Counted from the first letter of the stretch, positions 38,301 through 48,858 are shown. The stretch is 64,000 nucleotides of DNA from an uncultured Phycisphaerae bacterium (GCA_938005315.1 CALLOB010000014.1:3705-67704); one strand, 5' to 3'. Notes: generated by a model from the letters alone, not told the origin. Program-made: numbers and translations.

Positions 38301-38429
38301 GCCGGTGCCCCAGGCGTCCACCCAGAACGCGCGGTACTCGTCGGCCCGGGTCGCCGAAATCCAGGTGATTCCCGTGACCAGGGCCGTACAGACGGTCCAC
38401 CGCAGTCCATTCGACGCTGGGGTCATCAT
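35391..38429 (-). CDS. Exported multidomain protein: GHL10 glycosyl-hydrolase-like, CarboxypepD_reg-like, 2x FN3, unassigned beta domain, FN3-like, dockerin/EF-hand-like
   Basis: ATG 38429/38426 with AGGAG upstream. YRAFWVDAWGTGF...VFVQVRRRADVCYPS...IEVHAW (GHL10 pattern). GTVTY...TPGTYTVTASKAGY. Two IIWNTDQASTSQVEYGTT / ITWTTSARADGMVRYGTT FN3 units. C-terminal DTDNDGRVNGNDF...DEDLDGDVDQRDF. Confidence 0.75.
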   Translation of the reverse strand: MMTPASNGLRWTVCTALVTGITWISATRADEYRAFWVDAWGTGFLSQSQVDTLLGVPGNASSKGQIRNANCNAVFVQVRRRADVCYPSAMGEPYFSGLSPSNFNALQAMINAAHDTTGGKQRIEVHAWIVTFATASSSGTSPVYYLHNDPADPANYWVTLDDAGNETADKAFDPGHPGCLQYIHDVCMDLVQNFDIDGLHYDYIRFTGYDQGYNPTSVARYNTRHGLTGQPSPTSELFKQWRRDQITSLVRKVYADTQAVKPHVKISGAFVTWNPSPTASTRTAFQGTRPYYDVYSDWDAWMQEGIIDIAVPMTYYNWASLPNDYVRWMNFEKDRKFNRFMVIGPGIYLNSLTNAINEILMTRDPSPAGNYANGFCGYSYRVPYSGGTWSSFSPQLVAHVTPTPDNIPVMPWKASPTKGHIKGTVTYHPGTTPADHAVVTLTGPENRSMYVDGTGFYAFIDLTPGTYTVTASKAGYADAVGTVTVALGQVTGNMFTRNLALGSTAPPSIFNLQATNVTQDAATIIWNTDQASTSQVEYGTTPSYGQSTPVDPALVTGHTVTLSGLTPGTLYHCRARSTNANGTGMSEDFTFSTDGPPVISNVQVAQVTASSATITWTTSARADGMVRYGTTPAYGSQTPVDPALVNNHSVVVTGLSPATLYHFQAVSANSYGSDESADGTFTTLDMASEILIDNTDPGWSNTSVPPNTWSVGSSSSVPRIGTNYLYGYGVSSTQEADATRSCRWTPNIPDWGLYDVYVYYQIGSNRTSAAPYKVVHHGGQVVSIQNQYSSTPNQGGWFLIGQDLLFAPGTGGYVQVSNNTGQTDRFVSADAARFVYKGPEPSPPSTPVVTDDGTLSVSRSTLNAAWSAEDPESGIRGYEYRVVEQGGPVIRDWTDVGPATSVHATALPLLLGRTYVFEVRATNHVGGVSEVGASDGIAVFTYDTDNDGRVNGNDFGAFQACLTGSGLPYPTGGPVACDRFDEDLDGDVDQRDFGPFQRCLSGMEFYDLRCAD

Positions 38430-38572
38430 CTGCTCCTGCCTGACGGCCAGGGTGCTCAACGCGGACGCGCGGTCCGGTCGTCGTCTGCCGTCGCCCGTGT
38501 GCCGGTGCTGCCTGTCGGTCCGTTGTCCGGACCGACCGAGGTGCGTTCACCCCCCTGGAAACCTGTGCCATA

Positions 38573-38602
38573 ATTCTATCGTCTGGATGAAGGCGGGATC
38601 AA
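38573..38602 (-). promoter_or_regulatory. Putative promoter of the GHL10 multidomain gene
   Basis: Minus strand TTGATC (38602..38597), 18 nt, then TAGAAT (38578..38573), inside a local AT-rich patch (ccataattctatcg). Confidence 0.25.
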
Positions 38603-38717
38603 CGCGGGATCCGCTGAAAAGGCGTCTGCCGTCGCGTTTTTTCGGACCGCGGATATCGCGCGACATCCACGGCCCGCCCGTCCGGCGGGGCCGCGCAACC
38701 GCCGGGCCCGTCGGGTC

Positions 38718-38746
38718 TTGCCGCCCTTGCGGGGCTTGCGTAACAT
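38718..38746 (+). promoter_or_regulatory. Putative promoter of the symporter-amidase-GT2 gene string
   Basis: TTGCCG (38718..38723), 17 nt, then TAACAT (38741..38746). Confidence 0.25.
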
Positions 38747-38815
38747 GAGCCCGTCGCGTCCGGGTTTTCTCCGCAGCCGCGTCGATCCCGAGCTCTTGTT
38801 GCCGGAGCCGCCGCC

Positions 38816-40681
38816 TTGGACATCCTGGCTGAAAGCCTGCAGGGCCGGTTCACCTGGATCGACTGGGCGGTGCTGGCCGGTTACCTGGCGGCCACCACCG
38901 CCATCGGCGCCGCCATGGCCGGCCGGCAGGCGACGATTCGCGATTTTTTCCTGGGCGGCCGCAAGCTTCCCTGGTACGCCGTCAGCGGATCGACCATCGC
39001 CACCGAGATCAGTGCCGTCACTTTCGTCGGGGTGCCGGCGATCGTGTTCGCCGGCGGGCTGGAGGGCAATTTCAAGTACCTGCAGCTGTGCCTGCTGGGC
39101 AACGTGCTGGCCCGGGTGATCGTCGGATGCGTCTTCGTGCCCGCCTACTACCGCCGCGAGATCTACAGCCCGTATGACTACATGGCCGGGGCCCTGGGCG
39201 AGCGGGTGCGCACGCTGACCACGGTGCTGTTCATCTTCGGCGGGGCCCTGGCCCAGGGAGCCCGCGTCTACCTCACCGCCCTGATCCTGGATCTGATCGT
39301 GGGCGAGCCGCTGTTCGGGCGTCTGGCCGCGGCCACCGGCGTGTCCACGCTCAGCTGGTCGATCTACCTGGTGGGGGTCATCGCCGTGGGCTGGGCGTGG
39401 ATCGGGGGCATCACCACGGTCATCTGGACGGACGTGATTCTGTTTCTGGTGTTCGTGTTCGGGGCACTGGCGGCGCTGCTGGCGATCATCATCCGGCTGC
39501 CGGGCAGCCCGCTGGAGGGCGTGAGCTACATGATCCAGGCCGGCTGGGCGGCCAGGGACGCCGGGCCCTGGGGGCGGTTCACCTTCTTCGATTTCGACTG
39601 GAGCCCGGCCAGGCAATACACCTTCTGGACGGCCGTTTTCGCAACCACCTGGGGAGGGCTCTACGCATACGGCACCGACCAGATGATGGCCCAGCGGATG
39701 TTCTGCTGCCGCGGGCCCCGCGAGGCCCGGCTGGCGATCATCAGCAGCACCGCCGGTCAGGTCGTCACGGTGATGATGTGTTTCGTGGGCGTCGGGCTGT
39801 ACGCGTTCTACCGGGTCTTTGAGCTTCCGGACGATCTGGCCGCCAGGGTCGCCGGGAAACCGGATCTGATCTTTCCGATCTTCATCCTCCGCGAGCTGCC
39901 GGCCGGCGTCACCGGGCTGGTCATTGCGGGCATCTTCGCGGCCGCCCTGTCGACGCTGGTGTCGGTGGTGGCGGCCTACAGTCAGACGACGATTTCGGCT
40001 TTCTACCTGCCGTGGCGACGGCGCCGCCGGACCGGCGGCGCGGGTGACCCGCTGGACGATCCGGCCGAGCAGCGCCGCCTGGTTCTGCTCTCGCGGGTGC
40101 TGGTGGTCCTGTGGGGTGCGATCCTCTGCGCGATGGCCCAGGTGGCCGAGGCGGCCAGCGGAAAGTTCCCCGAGATTCTGAATCTGGCCCTGGCCATGGC
40201 CGGCTACACCGGCGGAGCCCTGCTGGCCGGGTTCCTCCTGGCCTTTCTGCGGCTGAACATCGACGACCGCGGGTTCCTCTGGTCGGCGCCGCTGTCGGTA
40301 CTGACGGTCTTCGCCCTGGTCTGGCACGAGTCCTGGGCTCATGCGGTCTGCTGGGTGGGCGCGGGCCTGATCCTGGCCGGCTGGCTGTGGATGCTGGCCC
40401 GCGAACGCATCGGGGGCGGACCGGACCCCGGTCGAGGCGTCCGGAACCTGCTGCAGACCGTTCTGCTGGTTGCGGGGCTGGTGCTGATGCTGTGGTTGAG
40501 CTACCGGGGCTGGTTCGACGTCCGCGAGGATCCGATCAGGGGAACGAGGCACTACGTCACGGTCGCCTGGCCGTGGTTCGTGCCGATCGGATCGACGGTG
40601 GCGTTCGTCTTCGGTTATGCACTGGCACGGCCCGCCCGGCGTCCGGTCAGTTCGACACCGACCGAGCGAGAGGGGGCATGA
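38816..40681 (+). CDS. Sodium:solute symporter (SSF) family transporter
   Basis: TTG start with GGAG 9 nt upstream. FFLGGRKLPWYAVSGSTIATEISAVTFVGVPA and about 13 TM helices. Confidence 0.8.
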   Translation: MDILAESLQGRFTWIDWAVLAGYLAATTAIGAAMAGRQATIRDFFLGGRKLPWYAVSGSTIATEISAVTFVGVPAIVFAGGLEGNFKYLQLCLLGNVLARVIVGCVFVPAYYRREIYSPYDYMAGALGERVRTLTTVLFIFGGALAQGARVYLTALILDLIVGEPLFGRLAAATGVSTLSWSIYLVGVIAVGWAWIGGITTVIWTDVILFLVFVFGALAALLAIIIRLPGSPLEGVSYMIQAGWAARDAGPWGRFTFFDFDWSPARQYTFWTAVFATTWGGLYAYGTDQMMAQRMFCCRGPREARLAIISSTAGQVVTVMMCFVGVGLYAFYRVFELPDDLAARVAGKPDLIFPIFILRELPAGVTGLVIAGIFAAALSTLVSVVAAYSQTTISAFYLPWRRRRRTGGAGDPLDDPAEQRRLVLLSRVLVVLWGAILCAMAQVAEAASGKFPEILNLALAMAGYTGGALLAGFLLAFLRLNIDDRGFLWSAPLSVLTVFALVWHESWAHAVCWVGAGLILAGWLWMLARERIGGGPDPGRGVRNLLQTVLLVAGLVLMLWLSYRGWFDVREDPIRGTRHYVTVAWPWFVPIGSTVAFVFGYALARPARRPVSSTPTEREGA

Positions 40682-41790
40682 CGGCGGTGGGGCGGATCAC
40701 GCGGCGAAGGTTGTTGTTCCTCGCACCGACGTTCTGGGCGGTCTCGGGCTGCCGCCGATCCGCGCCGCCGCCGGCGGCTCCGGCCACCCGGCCGGCGGCT
40801 TCGCTGGAGGCCGGGCCCGCGGCGGCCTACGCCCGCTATCTGGCCGGTATGCGGATCTGCCTGGATCCCGGGCACGGAGGCGACGCCGACCGCCCGGGTT
40901 ACAAGCGCGGACCCACGGGCCTGCGCGAGGCCGAGGTCAATTTGCGGGTGGCCCTGATGCTGCGCGAGATGCTGACGGAGGCCGGGGCGGCGGTGTTCAT
41001 GACGCGTGAAAACGACACCGCGCTGTCAGACGCCGGGGCCGAGGATCTGCGTTTGCGGGCCGAGGTGGCCAACCGCAACGACTGCGACCTGCTGCTCTCC
41101 ATCCACCACAACGCCAGCGCCACCAATCCCGACGCGAACTTCGCCAGCGTCTGGTATCACGGCGACGTGGACGACAACCCCGCGAGCCTGGATGTCGCGC
41201 GACACCTGGCCGTGGCGCTGATCGACGCCCTGGATCTGCCCCAGACGCTCGGTTGCCCGGTGCTCAGCGACGAGCTGATCGCCCGCACGGGCTTTGCGGT
41301 GCTGCGGCATGCCCGGGTGCCGGCGGTGCTGACCGAGGCTTCGTTCCATTCGAACCCCGACGAGGAGCGGAGACTGGCCGATCCCGTGTATAATCGCCGC
41401 GAGGCCCGGGCCCTGTTCGCCGGCCTGGCGCGGTACGCCTACGGCGGTCTGCCGCGGGCGCGACTTGTCGCTCCGGCCGACGGCGTGGTGATCGCGGGCG
41501 GCAGCCGCTCGGTGCAGGTCGAGCTCCAGGACGGGCTCGCCCAGCGCCGCAGCTGGGGCTGGGATCGACGACAGATCCTGCGCGACAGCATCCGCGTCCG
41601 CCTCGGCGACCGCGTGCTGCCGCACGTGTACGAAGAGCAGCCCGACCGGGTGTGGTTCATCATCCCGCCGGACGTGCCGCCCGGTCGTCCGCGTGTGAGG
41701 CTGCAGTTTCAGAACGTGTTCAAGCACTCCAACACCCGCCCCGACCTGGGGATCGAGTTGCGCGAAGGCGGGGCGGGGGGGGCGTCGTGA
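40678..41790 (+). CDS. N-acetylmuramoyl-L-alanine amidase (Amidase_3)
   Basis: ATGA overlap with the symporter. Signal/lipobox [67 protein letters not shown]. Confidence 0.8.
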   Translation: MTAVGRITRRRLLFLAPTFWAVSGCRRSAPPPAAPATRPAASLEAGPAAAYARYLAGMRICLDPGHGGDADRPGYKRGPTGLREAEVNLRVALMLREMLTEAGAAVFMTRENDTALSDAGAEDLRLRAEVANRNDCDLLLSIHHNASATNPDANFASVWYHGDVDDNPASLDVARHLAVALIDALDLPQTLGCPVLSDELIARTGFAVLRHARVPAVLTEASFHSNPDEERRLADPVYNRREARALFAGLARYAYGGLPRARLVAPADGVVIAGGSRSVQVELQDGLAQRRSWGWDRRQILRDSIRVRLGDRVLPHVYEEQPDRVWFIIPPDVPPGRPRVRLQFQNVFKHSNTRPDLGIELREGGAGGAS

Positions 41791-41842
41791 ACCATGGGCC
41801 GGCCGGGCCGGCCGGCGGATGGCAGCCCCAAGAGGGATCAGC

Positions 41843-43327
41843 ATGAGTCGTCTCACGGTGGTGATGCAGGGTATGGCCGAACCTGTCCACGCGCTCATGG
41901 CGCAGCTGGAGACGTCTCCGCTGGTCGAAGGGTTCGTGGTGCTGGCCGCCCCCGGGCAGGGGGTCGAGGGCCCGGCGGCGGTGATTCGCCACGACCGGCC
42001 CGCCGGAAGCGAGGCCGTCGGGCGGGTGTTGGAGGCCGTGCGCGGCAGCCACGCGCTGTTCATCGATGTCGAGCGGCCGCTGACCCTTGGCCGGCACGCC
42101 CTGCAGCGGATGCTCGATGTCGCCACCGAGAGCGGGGCGGGCATCGTGTATGCCGACCATCGGCGCCGCACGGCCTGGGGCACGGCCGAGCATCCGGCCA
42201 TCGACTGTCAGCTCGGCGGCATCCGCAGCGACTTCGATTTCGGTCCGCTGCAGATGGTGTCGATGCAGGCGGTGCGGCGCGTTCTGGATGCCTGGGGACC
42301 GCTGGGCGATTTCGCCTGGGCCGGCCGCTACGACCTGCGGCTGCGGATATCCGTGGAACACCCCGTGGTGCGCATCCCGGAATACCTCTGTTGCACGGAT
42401 GCCTCCGGGGCGTCGGGCCACGACCAGCACTTCGCCTACGTCGATCCGCGGAACGCGGCCGTACAGGCCGAAATGGAGCAGGCGGTTACCGCTCACCTGA
42501 AGCGCATCGGGGCCTGGCTGCCGCCCCGCCGCGAGCTTGCGCCGCCGTGCCGCGAGTCCTTTCCCGTGGAGGCCAGCGTGGTGATTCCGGTCCGCAACCG
42601 TGAAAAGACCATCGCCGACGCGGTGAACAGCGTGCTCGGCCAGCGGGCGACGTTCGCCTTCAACGTGATCGTGGTCGACAACCACTCCACCGACGGCACC
42701 ACCGCGATCCTGCGGGACCTTGCGGCCCGGGACCGCCGCGTGGTGCACATCGTCCCGCAGGCCGTGGACCTGGGCATCGGCGGGTGCTGGAACGAGGCGG
42801 TGTTTTCGCCGCATTGCGGCCGCTATGCGGTGCAACTGGACTCCGACGACCTCTACGACGGCCCCGATGCCCTGGCCAGAGTCGTGGCCGAGCTGCGGCG
42901 CGGACCTTATGCGATGGTCGTCGGCTCTTATCGCCTCGTGGATTTCCAGCTCAACGAGCTGCCCCCCGGCCTGATCGATCACCGCGAGTGGACGCCCGAG
43001 AACGGGCACAACAACCTGTTGCGGGTCAATGGATTGGGCGCCCCGCGGGCTTTCGACACCGCGGTGCTCCGCGACCACCCGCTGCCGGACGTGAGCTACG
43101 GGGAGGACTACGCCGCCGGGCTGCGGATCACCCGCACCTACGTCTTGGGGCGCATTTACGAGCCGACTTACCTGTGCCGCCGCTGGGAGGGCAACACCGA
43201 CGCGGCCCTGCCGGTCGCCGAGGTCAACCGGCACAACACCTACAAGGATTGGCTCCGGACGATGGAGATCATGGCCCGGCAGGAACTCAACCGCCGGTCG
43301 GAGAGCGGGTCGGCAGACCGCCGCTGA
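41843..43327 (+). CDS. Family 2 glycosyltransferase with an extra N-terminal domain
   Basis: ATG 41843 (AGAGGGA 5 nt upstream; alternative ATG 41819). [24 protein letters not shown]...[12 protein letters not shown]...QLDSDDLY. Confidence 0.75.
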   Translation: MSRLTVVMQGMAEPVHALMAQLETSPLVEGFVVLAAPGQGVEGPAAVIRHDRPAGSEAVGRVLEAVRGSHALFIDVERPLTLGRHALQRMLDVATESGAGIVYADHRRRTAWGTAEHPAIDCQLGGIRSDFDFGPLQMVSMQAVRRVLDAWGPLGDFAWAGRYDLRLRISVEHPVVRIPEYLCCTDASGASGHDQHFAYVDPRNAAVQAEMEQAVTAHLKRIGAWLPPRRELAPPCRESFPVEASVVIPVRNREKTIADAVNSVLGQRATFAFNVIVVDNHSTDGTTAILRDLAARDRRVVHIVPQAVDLGIGGCWNEAVFSPHCGRYAVQLDSDDLYDGPDALARVVAELRRGPYAMVVGSYRLVDFQLNELPPGLIDHREWTPENGHNNLLRVNGLGAPRAFDTAVLRDHPLPDVSYGEDYAAGLRITRTYVLGRIYEPTYLCRRWEGNTDAALPVAEVNRHNTYKDWLRTMEIMARQELNRRSESGSADRR

Positions 43328-44168
43328 CCGCCTGGGCCTGTGCCGCCGGCGGCAGGATGTGACGGGAGAGGACGACGCGCACGAAGGGCTCGCTGGTGGC
43401 GTCGGTGTGGGCCCCGGTCCAGCCGTAACGCTCATATTGTGGGGACCAGCGGATGTTGTGGATTTTTCCCTGGTCGCCGCCTGGCGGGTGCAGGCCCACC
43501 AGGCCTGCCGCGTCCACGCCTGTCTGCCCGTCGATCGTGCCGAGCGTGCGCACCGGTCCCTGGAGGACGCCGTCGGCCTGCGAGTGATAGACGTAGACGC
43601 CGCCGGAGATGTTGGCCAGGGCCTTGCGCATGTCGTAGTTCGAGGCGATGCTGGAGCCCAGCATCACCAGGCTGTGCACCGTCGCCGGCGGCGTGAGGTT
43701 CTCGCAGGCCCAGACTCCCACGCCCGTGCCGGCCGACAGGCAGATGATGTTCACCTGGACGCCGGGGTAGCGCTGGAGGTAGGCGGTGATCTCCCGGCCG
43801 AGTTCCGCGCCTTTCTGCCGGGCGACCGGCCGGCCGATGGTCTGGTCCAGTGCCGGATTGAAGGTCGGCGACCAGCGGTAGTTGATGATGCTGCCCCGGT
43901 AGCCGGCGGCCCGCAGGCCGTTGTACACGTCGGCCACGCCGTAGCCCCAGTTGCCCGCGCCGTCGATGTAATACGTCCGCCCGAAGCGGTCGCCGGTCGA
44001 CTCGCCTGGGCCTCCAGCGGCGCAGCCCGTGAGCGGTGCCGCGGCCAAGACGACCAGCGCCGCGACGATGCGCGGGCCGGGTCCTGACGGGCGTGCGGCA
44101 TTTCGGCGGTCGATGGAGCTGCCCTGCACGCGCGTTCCCTCGCCCGCAGCGGCCGGCCGACGAACCAT
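43287..44168 (-). CDS. Lipoprotein, alpha/beta-hydrolase-like
   Basis: Lipobox [10 protein letters not shown] and a nucleophile-elbow-like ICLSAGTGV. The 3' end overlaps the convergent GT2 gene by 41 nt. Start uncertain. Confidence 0.5.
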   Translation of the reverse strand: MVRRPAAAGEGTRVQGSSIDRRNAARPSGPGPRIVAALVVLAAAPLTGCAAGGPGESTGDRFGRTYYIDGAGNWGYGVADVYNGLRAAGYRGSIINYRWSPTFNPALDQTIGRPVARQKGAELGREITAYLQRYPGVQVNIICLSAGTGVGVWACENLTPPATVHSLVMLGSSIASNYDMRKALANISGGVYVYHSQADGVLQGPVRTLGTIDGQTGVDAAGLVGLHPPGGDQGKIHNIRWSPQYERYGWTGAHTDATSEPFVRVVLSRHILPPAAQAQAVSGGLPTRSPTGG

Positions 44169-44281
44169 CGAGGACGGGCTGCCCGGGACCTCGCCTTGGC
44201 ACGGCCCGGGCCGGTTCGTATGCTGACGCGGTCGGTCGGGTCAGTGCGGATTGTAGGCCCGGCGGCAGGCTTGTCAAAAGG

Positions 44282-44971
44282 ATGCACGGCGTGAGGATCA
44301 AGGTCTGCGGAATCACATGCCTGGAGGACCTGCGGGCGGCCGCCGAGGCCGGCGTGGACGCCGTCGGCTTCAATTTCGTGGGTGGTCCTCGATGCCTCGA
44401 CCCGGCCCGGGCGGCCGAACTGCTCGGAGCGCTGCCTCCGCTGGTCACGCCGGTGGCTCTGGTGCGGCTGGAGGAGGGCCGCGTGCCCGACAGCCTGCTG
44501 GAATTGCTGGGCGAGTTCTGGGTTTCGCACGTTCAGCTCTACGGCGACCTGACCCCGGCCGTCATGGCCGCTCTCGCCCGCGACGGCCTGCGGCCGATCC
44601 CGGTGGTTGCGGTGCGCGACGTCCAGACCCTGCGGGAGGCCGGCCGGCTGGTAGGAGCCGAGGGGGGCTTCAGGCCCGCGGCCGTGGTCCTCGATGCCTG
44701 GGTCCCCGGGCGCGAGGGAGGCACCGGTCGGACGCTGCCGTGGTCGATGATCGCCGCCGAGCAGTCCGCCGGGCACATGCAAGGCTGGCCGCCGATCATC
44801 CTTGCCGGGGGCCTGACGCCCGACAACGTGGCCGAGGCCGTCCGCCAGGTCCGGCCTTGGGCGGTGGACGTGTCCTCCGGCGTCGAACGCGAGGGTGCTC
44901 CCGGGCGCAAGGATCGGGCCCTGATGGAGGCCTTCGTGCGCCAGGCACGCCGGGCGATGTCGGATGCGTGA
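44282..44971 (+). CDS. trpF: Phosphoribosylanthranilate isomerase
   Basis: MHGVRIKVCGITCLEDLRAAAEAGVDAVGFNFV...LAGGLTPDNVAEAVRQVRPWAVDVSSGVE. Confidence 0.85.
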   Translation: MHGVRIKVCGITCLEDLRAAAEAGVDAVGFNFVGGPRCLDPARAAELLGALPPLVTPVALVRLEEGRVPDSLLELLGEFWVSHVQLYGDLTPAVMAALARDGLRPIPVVAVRDVQTLREAGRLVGAEGGFRPAAVVLDAWVPGREGGTGRTLPWSMIAAEQSAGHMQGWPPIILAGGLTPDNVAEAVRQVRPWAVDVSSGVEREGAPGRKDRALMEAFVRQARRAMSDA

Positions 44972-45878
44972 GCCGATGAGCCACAGGCGACCGACGCATG
45001 CGTGTGCCGCGATCTTCCTGACGTCGTTGACGCTGCTGGCGGCCTGCGGCTGCGTCGGCGCCTGGAGGCCCGCGACCGAACACCTCAGCATCGAGCCGCC
45101 CCCTGAACCGTCCACTCTGGCCGACAGCCTCCGCGCCTCCCGCTGCGGTCGGTGGATCTATGAACGGCAGGAGCTGCCGGAGCAGCCGGGCCGGCCGGTC
45201 GGCGCCTATGTGCGGCGGGGCCTGCCCGAACGCATGACCGAAGGCATCCTCGTATGGCGGCCGCTGCGGTCCATCGCCGCCATCCTGGCTCAACCGGCCA
45301 CGCAGCCGACGGCGGCCGATCGGACCGGCACCGCCGGGTGGGGCGGGGGGCGGCGTTACGCCCCGCACATCTACGTTGTGCTCGACGAGGCTCTGGCTCC
45401 GATCCCGACCGACCTGCAGTGGGGCGAGCCGTCGGAAGCGACCACGGGGGTGACTTATTACGACGCCCTCGGGCGTCCGCAGGCGTCCGGGACGCTCCGC
45501 CGGGTCGCCCGGCTGGAGGGCATCGAGGACATCACCTGCCCGGCCGGCATGTTCCGCGGCTGCCTGCGGGTCCGCGTGGATCTGACGGTCGAGATGCCCT
45601 GGGTGCTGTTGTTCAACCTGACCGGTTACATGTGGCTGTCGCCCGAGGCCGGCGAGGTCCGGCGCGTCCAGCGGATGTCCGGGTGGTTCCTGGTCTTCTG
45701 GTTCGGCAGCGCCCACGAGTACCGGCTCGCGGAGTACCGCCCCGCAAGGGAGGTTTCCGCATGCGGCGATCCCTGCCCGCGCTGGAAGCGGATCGGTGTG
45801 CTGTTCGACCGGGTCGCGCCGCGCCCGCAGATCGGCGGCCTGGTGGTGGACTACGAGGACGCACCGGCCGGGCCGTGA
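44964..45878 (+). CDS. Hypothetical lipoprotein
   Basis: 8-nt overlap with trpF. AAIFLTSLTLLAACGC lipobox. No recognisable domain. Confidence 0.5.
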   Translation: MREPMSHRRPTHACAAIFLTSLTLLAACGCVGAWRPATEHLSIEPPPEPSTLADSLRASRCGRWIYERQELPEQPGRPVGAYVRRGLPERMTEGILVWRPLRSIAAILAQPATQPTAADRTGTAGWGGGRRYAPHIYVVLDEALAPIPTDLQWGEPSEATTGVTYYDALGRPQASGTLRRVARLEGIEDITCPAGMFRGCLRVRVDLTVEMPWVLLFNLTGYMWLSPEAGEVRRVQRMSGWFLVFWFGSAHEYRLAEYRPAREVSACGDPCPRWKRIGVLFDRVAPRPQIGGLVVDYEDAPAGP

Positions 45879-45978
45879 CTGCCCGCCCCGGGAAGCGCTG
45901 TTGCGGATCGCAGCCGGGGGGTATAGTCGTTGATGCGTGTCCGACCCGCGGCGGGCGGGAGCACAGGCGGCAGACCGG

Positions 45979-46602
45979 ATGTCGAACCAGGGTGTGGTGC
46001 TCTTCGGCGGAACGTTCAACCCGATCCACATCGGACACCTGGTCGTCGCGCGGGCCGCGGCCGAGCACCTCGGCGCCGGGCGGGTGGTGCTCATCCCCTC
46101 GGCCAACCCCCCGCACAAGTCCGGCGAGGAACTGGCCGATCCGGCCGACCGCCTGGAGATGGCCCGGGCCGCCACGGCCGGAGAGCCCGGTTTCGAGGTG
46201 GACGACATCGAGCTGCGCCGCGACGGCCCCAGTTACACGGTGCTCACCGTCCGCGCGTTCCGCGAGCGCCTGGGCGACGAGGTGCCGCTGTTCTGGCTGA
46301 TCGGGGCCGACACGCTCGGCGAACTGTCCACCTGGTACCGCACGGCGGAGCTGGTGAGCCTCTGCCGGATCGTCACCGCCGTCCGCCCCGGGTACGACCG
46401 CCCGGACACCACCGCTCTGCGTCGCGTGCTGTCGGCCGAGCACGTGCGGCGGCTGGAGGAGGACATCATCCCCACCCCGCGGATCGACATCTCGGCCACC
46501 GTCATCCGGCGGCGCGTGCGCGAGGGGCGGTCGATCCGTTTCCTGGTGCCGGATGCCGTGGCCGACTGCATCGCCGCCCGCGGCCTGTACCGCCGGGTCT
46601 GA
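45979..46602 (+). CDS. nadD: Nicotinate-nucleotide adenylyltransferase
   Basis: MSNQGVVLFGGTFNPIHIGHL...IPSANPPHK...ISATVIRRR. The GTG at 45937 is a possible alternative start. Confidence 0.85.
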   Translation: MSNQGVVLFGGTFNPIHIGHLVVARAAAEHLGAGRVVLIPSANPPHKSGEELADPADRLEMARAATAGEPGFEVDDIELRRDGPSYTVLTVRAFRERLGDEVPLFWLIGADTLGELSTWYRTAELVSLCRIVTAVRPGYDRPDTTALRRVLSAEHVRRLEEDIIPTPRIDISATVIRRRVREGRSIRFLVPDAVADCIAARGLYRRV

Positions 46603-46717
46603 CCTCCGATGACTGCCATGGACGAGCCCGGTAAACCTCCGGGGCATGCGCCCTGGTCTGCTGTGGCATGGGGCAACACCAGAGCCCACAACCACGCTGC
46701 GCCGCGGACGTGCGGGC

Positions 46718-47605
46718 TCAGGCCAGGGCATCGGCGACCGTCTTGCCGATGTCGGCCGGCGAAGACACGACGGTGATGCCGGCGGCCTCTAGGGCCGCGA
46801 TTTTGCTCGCCGCGGTGCCTTCGCCTCCGGAGATGATCGCCCCGGCGTGGCCCATCCGCCGCCCCGGAGGGGCGGTTCGCCCGGCGATGAAGGCCACCAC
46901 CGGCTTGGTGACGTGCCGGCGGATGTAGGCCGCGGCCTGCTCCTCGTCCGAGCCGCCGATCTCGCCGATCAGCACGATGCCGTCTGTTTCCGGATCCGCC
47001 TGGAACATCTCCAGCAGCTCGATGAAGTTCAGGCCCTTGACCGGGTCTCCGCCGATGCCCACACAGGTGGACTGGGCGATTCCCCGCGTCGTGCACTGCC
47101 AGACGGCCTCGTAGGTCAGCGTGCCGCTGCGCGAGATCAGTCCGATGGTTTTCGATCCCGGTTCCGGCGGGCGGTGGATGTAGCCCGGCATGATCCCGAT
47201 CTTGCACCGGCCCGGGGAAATCACGCCGGGGCAGTTGGGCCCGATCAGGCGAACGCCCCGGTCGTCGAGCACCTTGCGCAATCGAACCATGTCCAGCGTC
47301 GGGATGCCCTCGGTGATCAGCACGATCAGACGGATACCGGCGTCGGCGGCCTCCATGGCCGCGTCGGCCGCGAATCCCGCGGGCACGAAGATCATCGTGG
47401 CGTCGGCCCCGGTCGCGGCCACGGCTTGGTGGCAGGAGTCGAATACCGGCAGCCCCGGACCGGCGACGGTTCCGCCCTTGCCGGGGGTGACGCCGCCGAC
47501 GAGTTTCGTGCCGTAATTCAGACACTGTTCGGCGTGGAACGCACCGGCCTTGCCGGTGATGCCCTGGCAGATGACTCTCGTGTCCGCGTCGACCAGAATG
47601 CTCAT
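46718..47605 (-). CDS. sucD: Succinyl-CoA synthetase alpha subunit
   Basis: [27 protein letters not shown]...SRSGTLTYE...[10 protein letters not shown] (phosphohistidine loop). Confidence 0.92.
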   Translation of the reverse strand: MSILVDADTRVICQGITGKAGAFHAEQCLNYGTKLVGGVTPGKGGTVAGPGLPVFDSCHQAVAATGADATMIFVPAGFAADAAMEAADAGIRLIVLITEGIPTLDMVRLRKVLDDRGVRLIGPNCPGVISPGRCKIGIMPGYIHRPPEPGSKTIGLISRSGTLTYEAVWQCTTRGIAQSTCVGIGGDPVKGLNFIELLEMFQADPETDGIVLIGEIGGSDEEQAAAYIRRHVTKPVVAFIAGRTAPPGRRMGHAGAIISGGEGTAASKIAALEAAGITVVSSPADIGKTVADALA

Positions 47606-47659
47606 GCTCGGCTCCCCGGTTACGGTCGCCGCGTCCCGCGCCTGCGGGCCCCGGAAGCG

Positions 47660-48544
47660 TCAGGTCCCGTCGATATACGGTTGCAGGTGCCGCAGCGAGA
47701 TCAGCAGTCCGCGGTCTTCCAGAGCCGGACCATCGGGGTGGTCGCGGAAGACCGCGTCGTGCCAGCCCTCGATGTTCAGATCCCCGCCGTATCCCGCGCG
47801 GTACAACTCCTTGATGACCAGCCGCCAGTCGGTGTCGCCCAGCCCCGCGAAGCAGTGCTCCACGACTCCCGGATGGTACAGCCCGTCGCGAGCCAGTCGC
47901 AGGCGGTCGATCCGCGCGTCCTTGACATGGACATGGCACACCCGGTCGGCGTAGCGGGTCAGGTTGGCCACCGGATCGATCATCTGGCAGACCAGATGGG
48001 ATGGATCCCACTCCAGACCCAAGGCCGGCGAGGGCACGGCGTCGAAGCAGCGATCCCACATCGCCGGCGTGCAGATGCAGTTGATGCCGCCGCAGGGGCC
48101 GTGAAACGCCCCCATGGGGCAGTGCTCCAGGGCGATCCGGACCCCGTGGTCCTCGGCGAAACGGGCGTGATCGCTCCAGACTTCCTTGAAGCGCGGAAGC
48201 GAGGCCTCCAGCTCGGCGTTCACCACCCGGCCGGCAAAGCCCGCCACCACCGGCACCTGCATCGTCTCGGCCAGCAGGATCGTGTTGCGGACGCGGTCGC
48301 GATGAGCGGCGGCCACCAACGGATCGTTGTCCAGATGATTGACGTAAAAGCCCGCCAGGCAGCTGATACGCACGTCCGCGTGGTGAAACGCGTCCTTCAC
48401 CTCGGCGGCCCGTGACTGCCAGCCGTCGTGCCCGGGAAAGAACGAGCCGTCCGGATCGACGATCAGCTCCACGCAGCCGAAGCCGTGTTGTCGCGCGAAA
48501 GCCAGCCGCTGGGGGTCCCAGCGGGTCATGAAACCAAGCCGCAT
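47660..48544 (-). CDS. Sugar phosphate isomerase/epimerase (xylose isomerase-like TIM barrel)
   Basis: ATG 48544 with GGAGGG upstream. MRLGFMTRWDP...GFGCVEL...IALEHCP...HVHVKD...GDLNIEGWHD. Confidence 0.7.
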   Translation of the reverse strand: MRLGFMTRWDPQRLAFARQHGFGCVELIVDPDGSFFPGHDGWQSRAAEVKDAFHHADVRISCLAGFYVNHLDNDPLVAAAHRDRVRNTILLAETMQVPVVAGFAGRVVNAELEASLPRFKEVWSDHARFAEDHGVRIALEHCPMGAFHGPCGGINCICTPAMWDRCFDAVPSPALGLEWDPSHLVCQMIDPVANLTRYADRVCHVHVKDARIDRLRLARDGLYHPGVVEHCFAGLGDTDWRLVIKELYRAGYGGDLNIEGWHDAVFRDHPDGPALEDRGLLISLRHLQPYIDGT

Positions 48545-48858
48545 GACCGTAACGCCCTCCGGCCGCCCGACCGCCGTTGTCTTCCGGCGGCAGCAGCCAC
48601 GGTTCGCGGCATTGTAGTGCCGGGGTTTCCAACGCGACAGTCGACCGACAACGCACGGCTCATCCCCGGGGGCCCGGTGCCCGACCGGTCCCCGATGCTG
48701 CGGTGTTCCCATGATTTTACAGGTCATCCGTTTCCCGAATGACTGCCGAAGCATGACGTTGCGCAAAGCGGATTATTCGCGCGGTTCTCGCCGGTATGCC
48801 GGCCGTTGCGCGCCGCTGGTTTTCGATCGGACTTTACCGGACGTCCCGGCGCGAGCGT

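Noticed and set aside
43287-43327. 41-nt convergent overlap of the GT2 and lipoprotein gene 3' ends as an antisense regulatory feature
   Set aside because: Both ORFs simply run to the first stop in GC-rich sequence. There is no structure or motif in the overlap. It is more likely incidental.
46718-47605. sucD without an adjacent sucC as a sign of rearrangement
   Set aside because: The upstream gene is an unrelated TIM-barrel isomerase, but split sucC/sucD loci occur. Nothing in the flanks (repeats, truncated genes) indicates a recent event.
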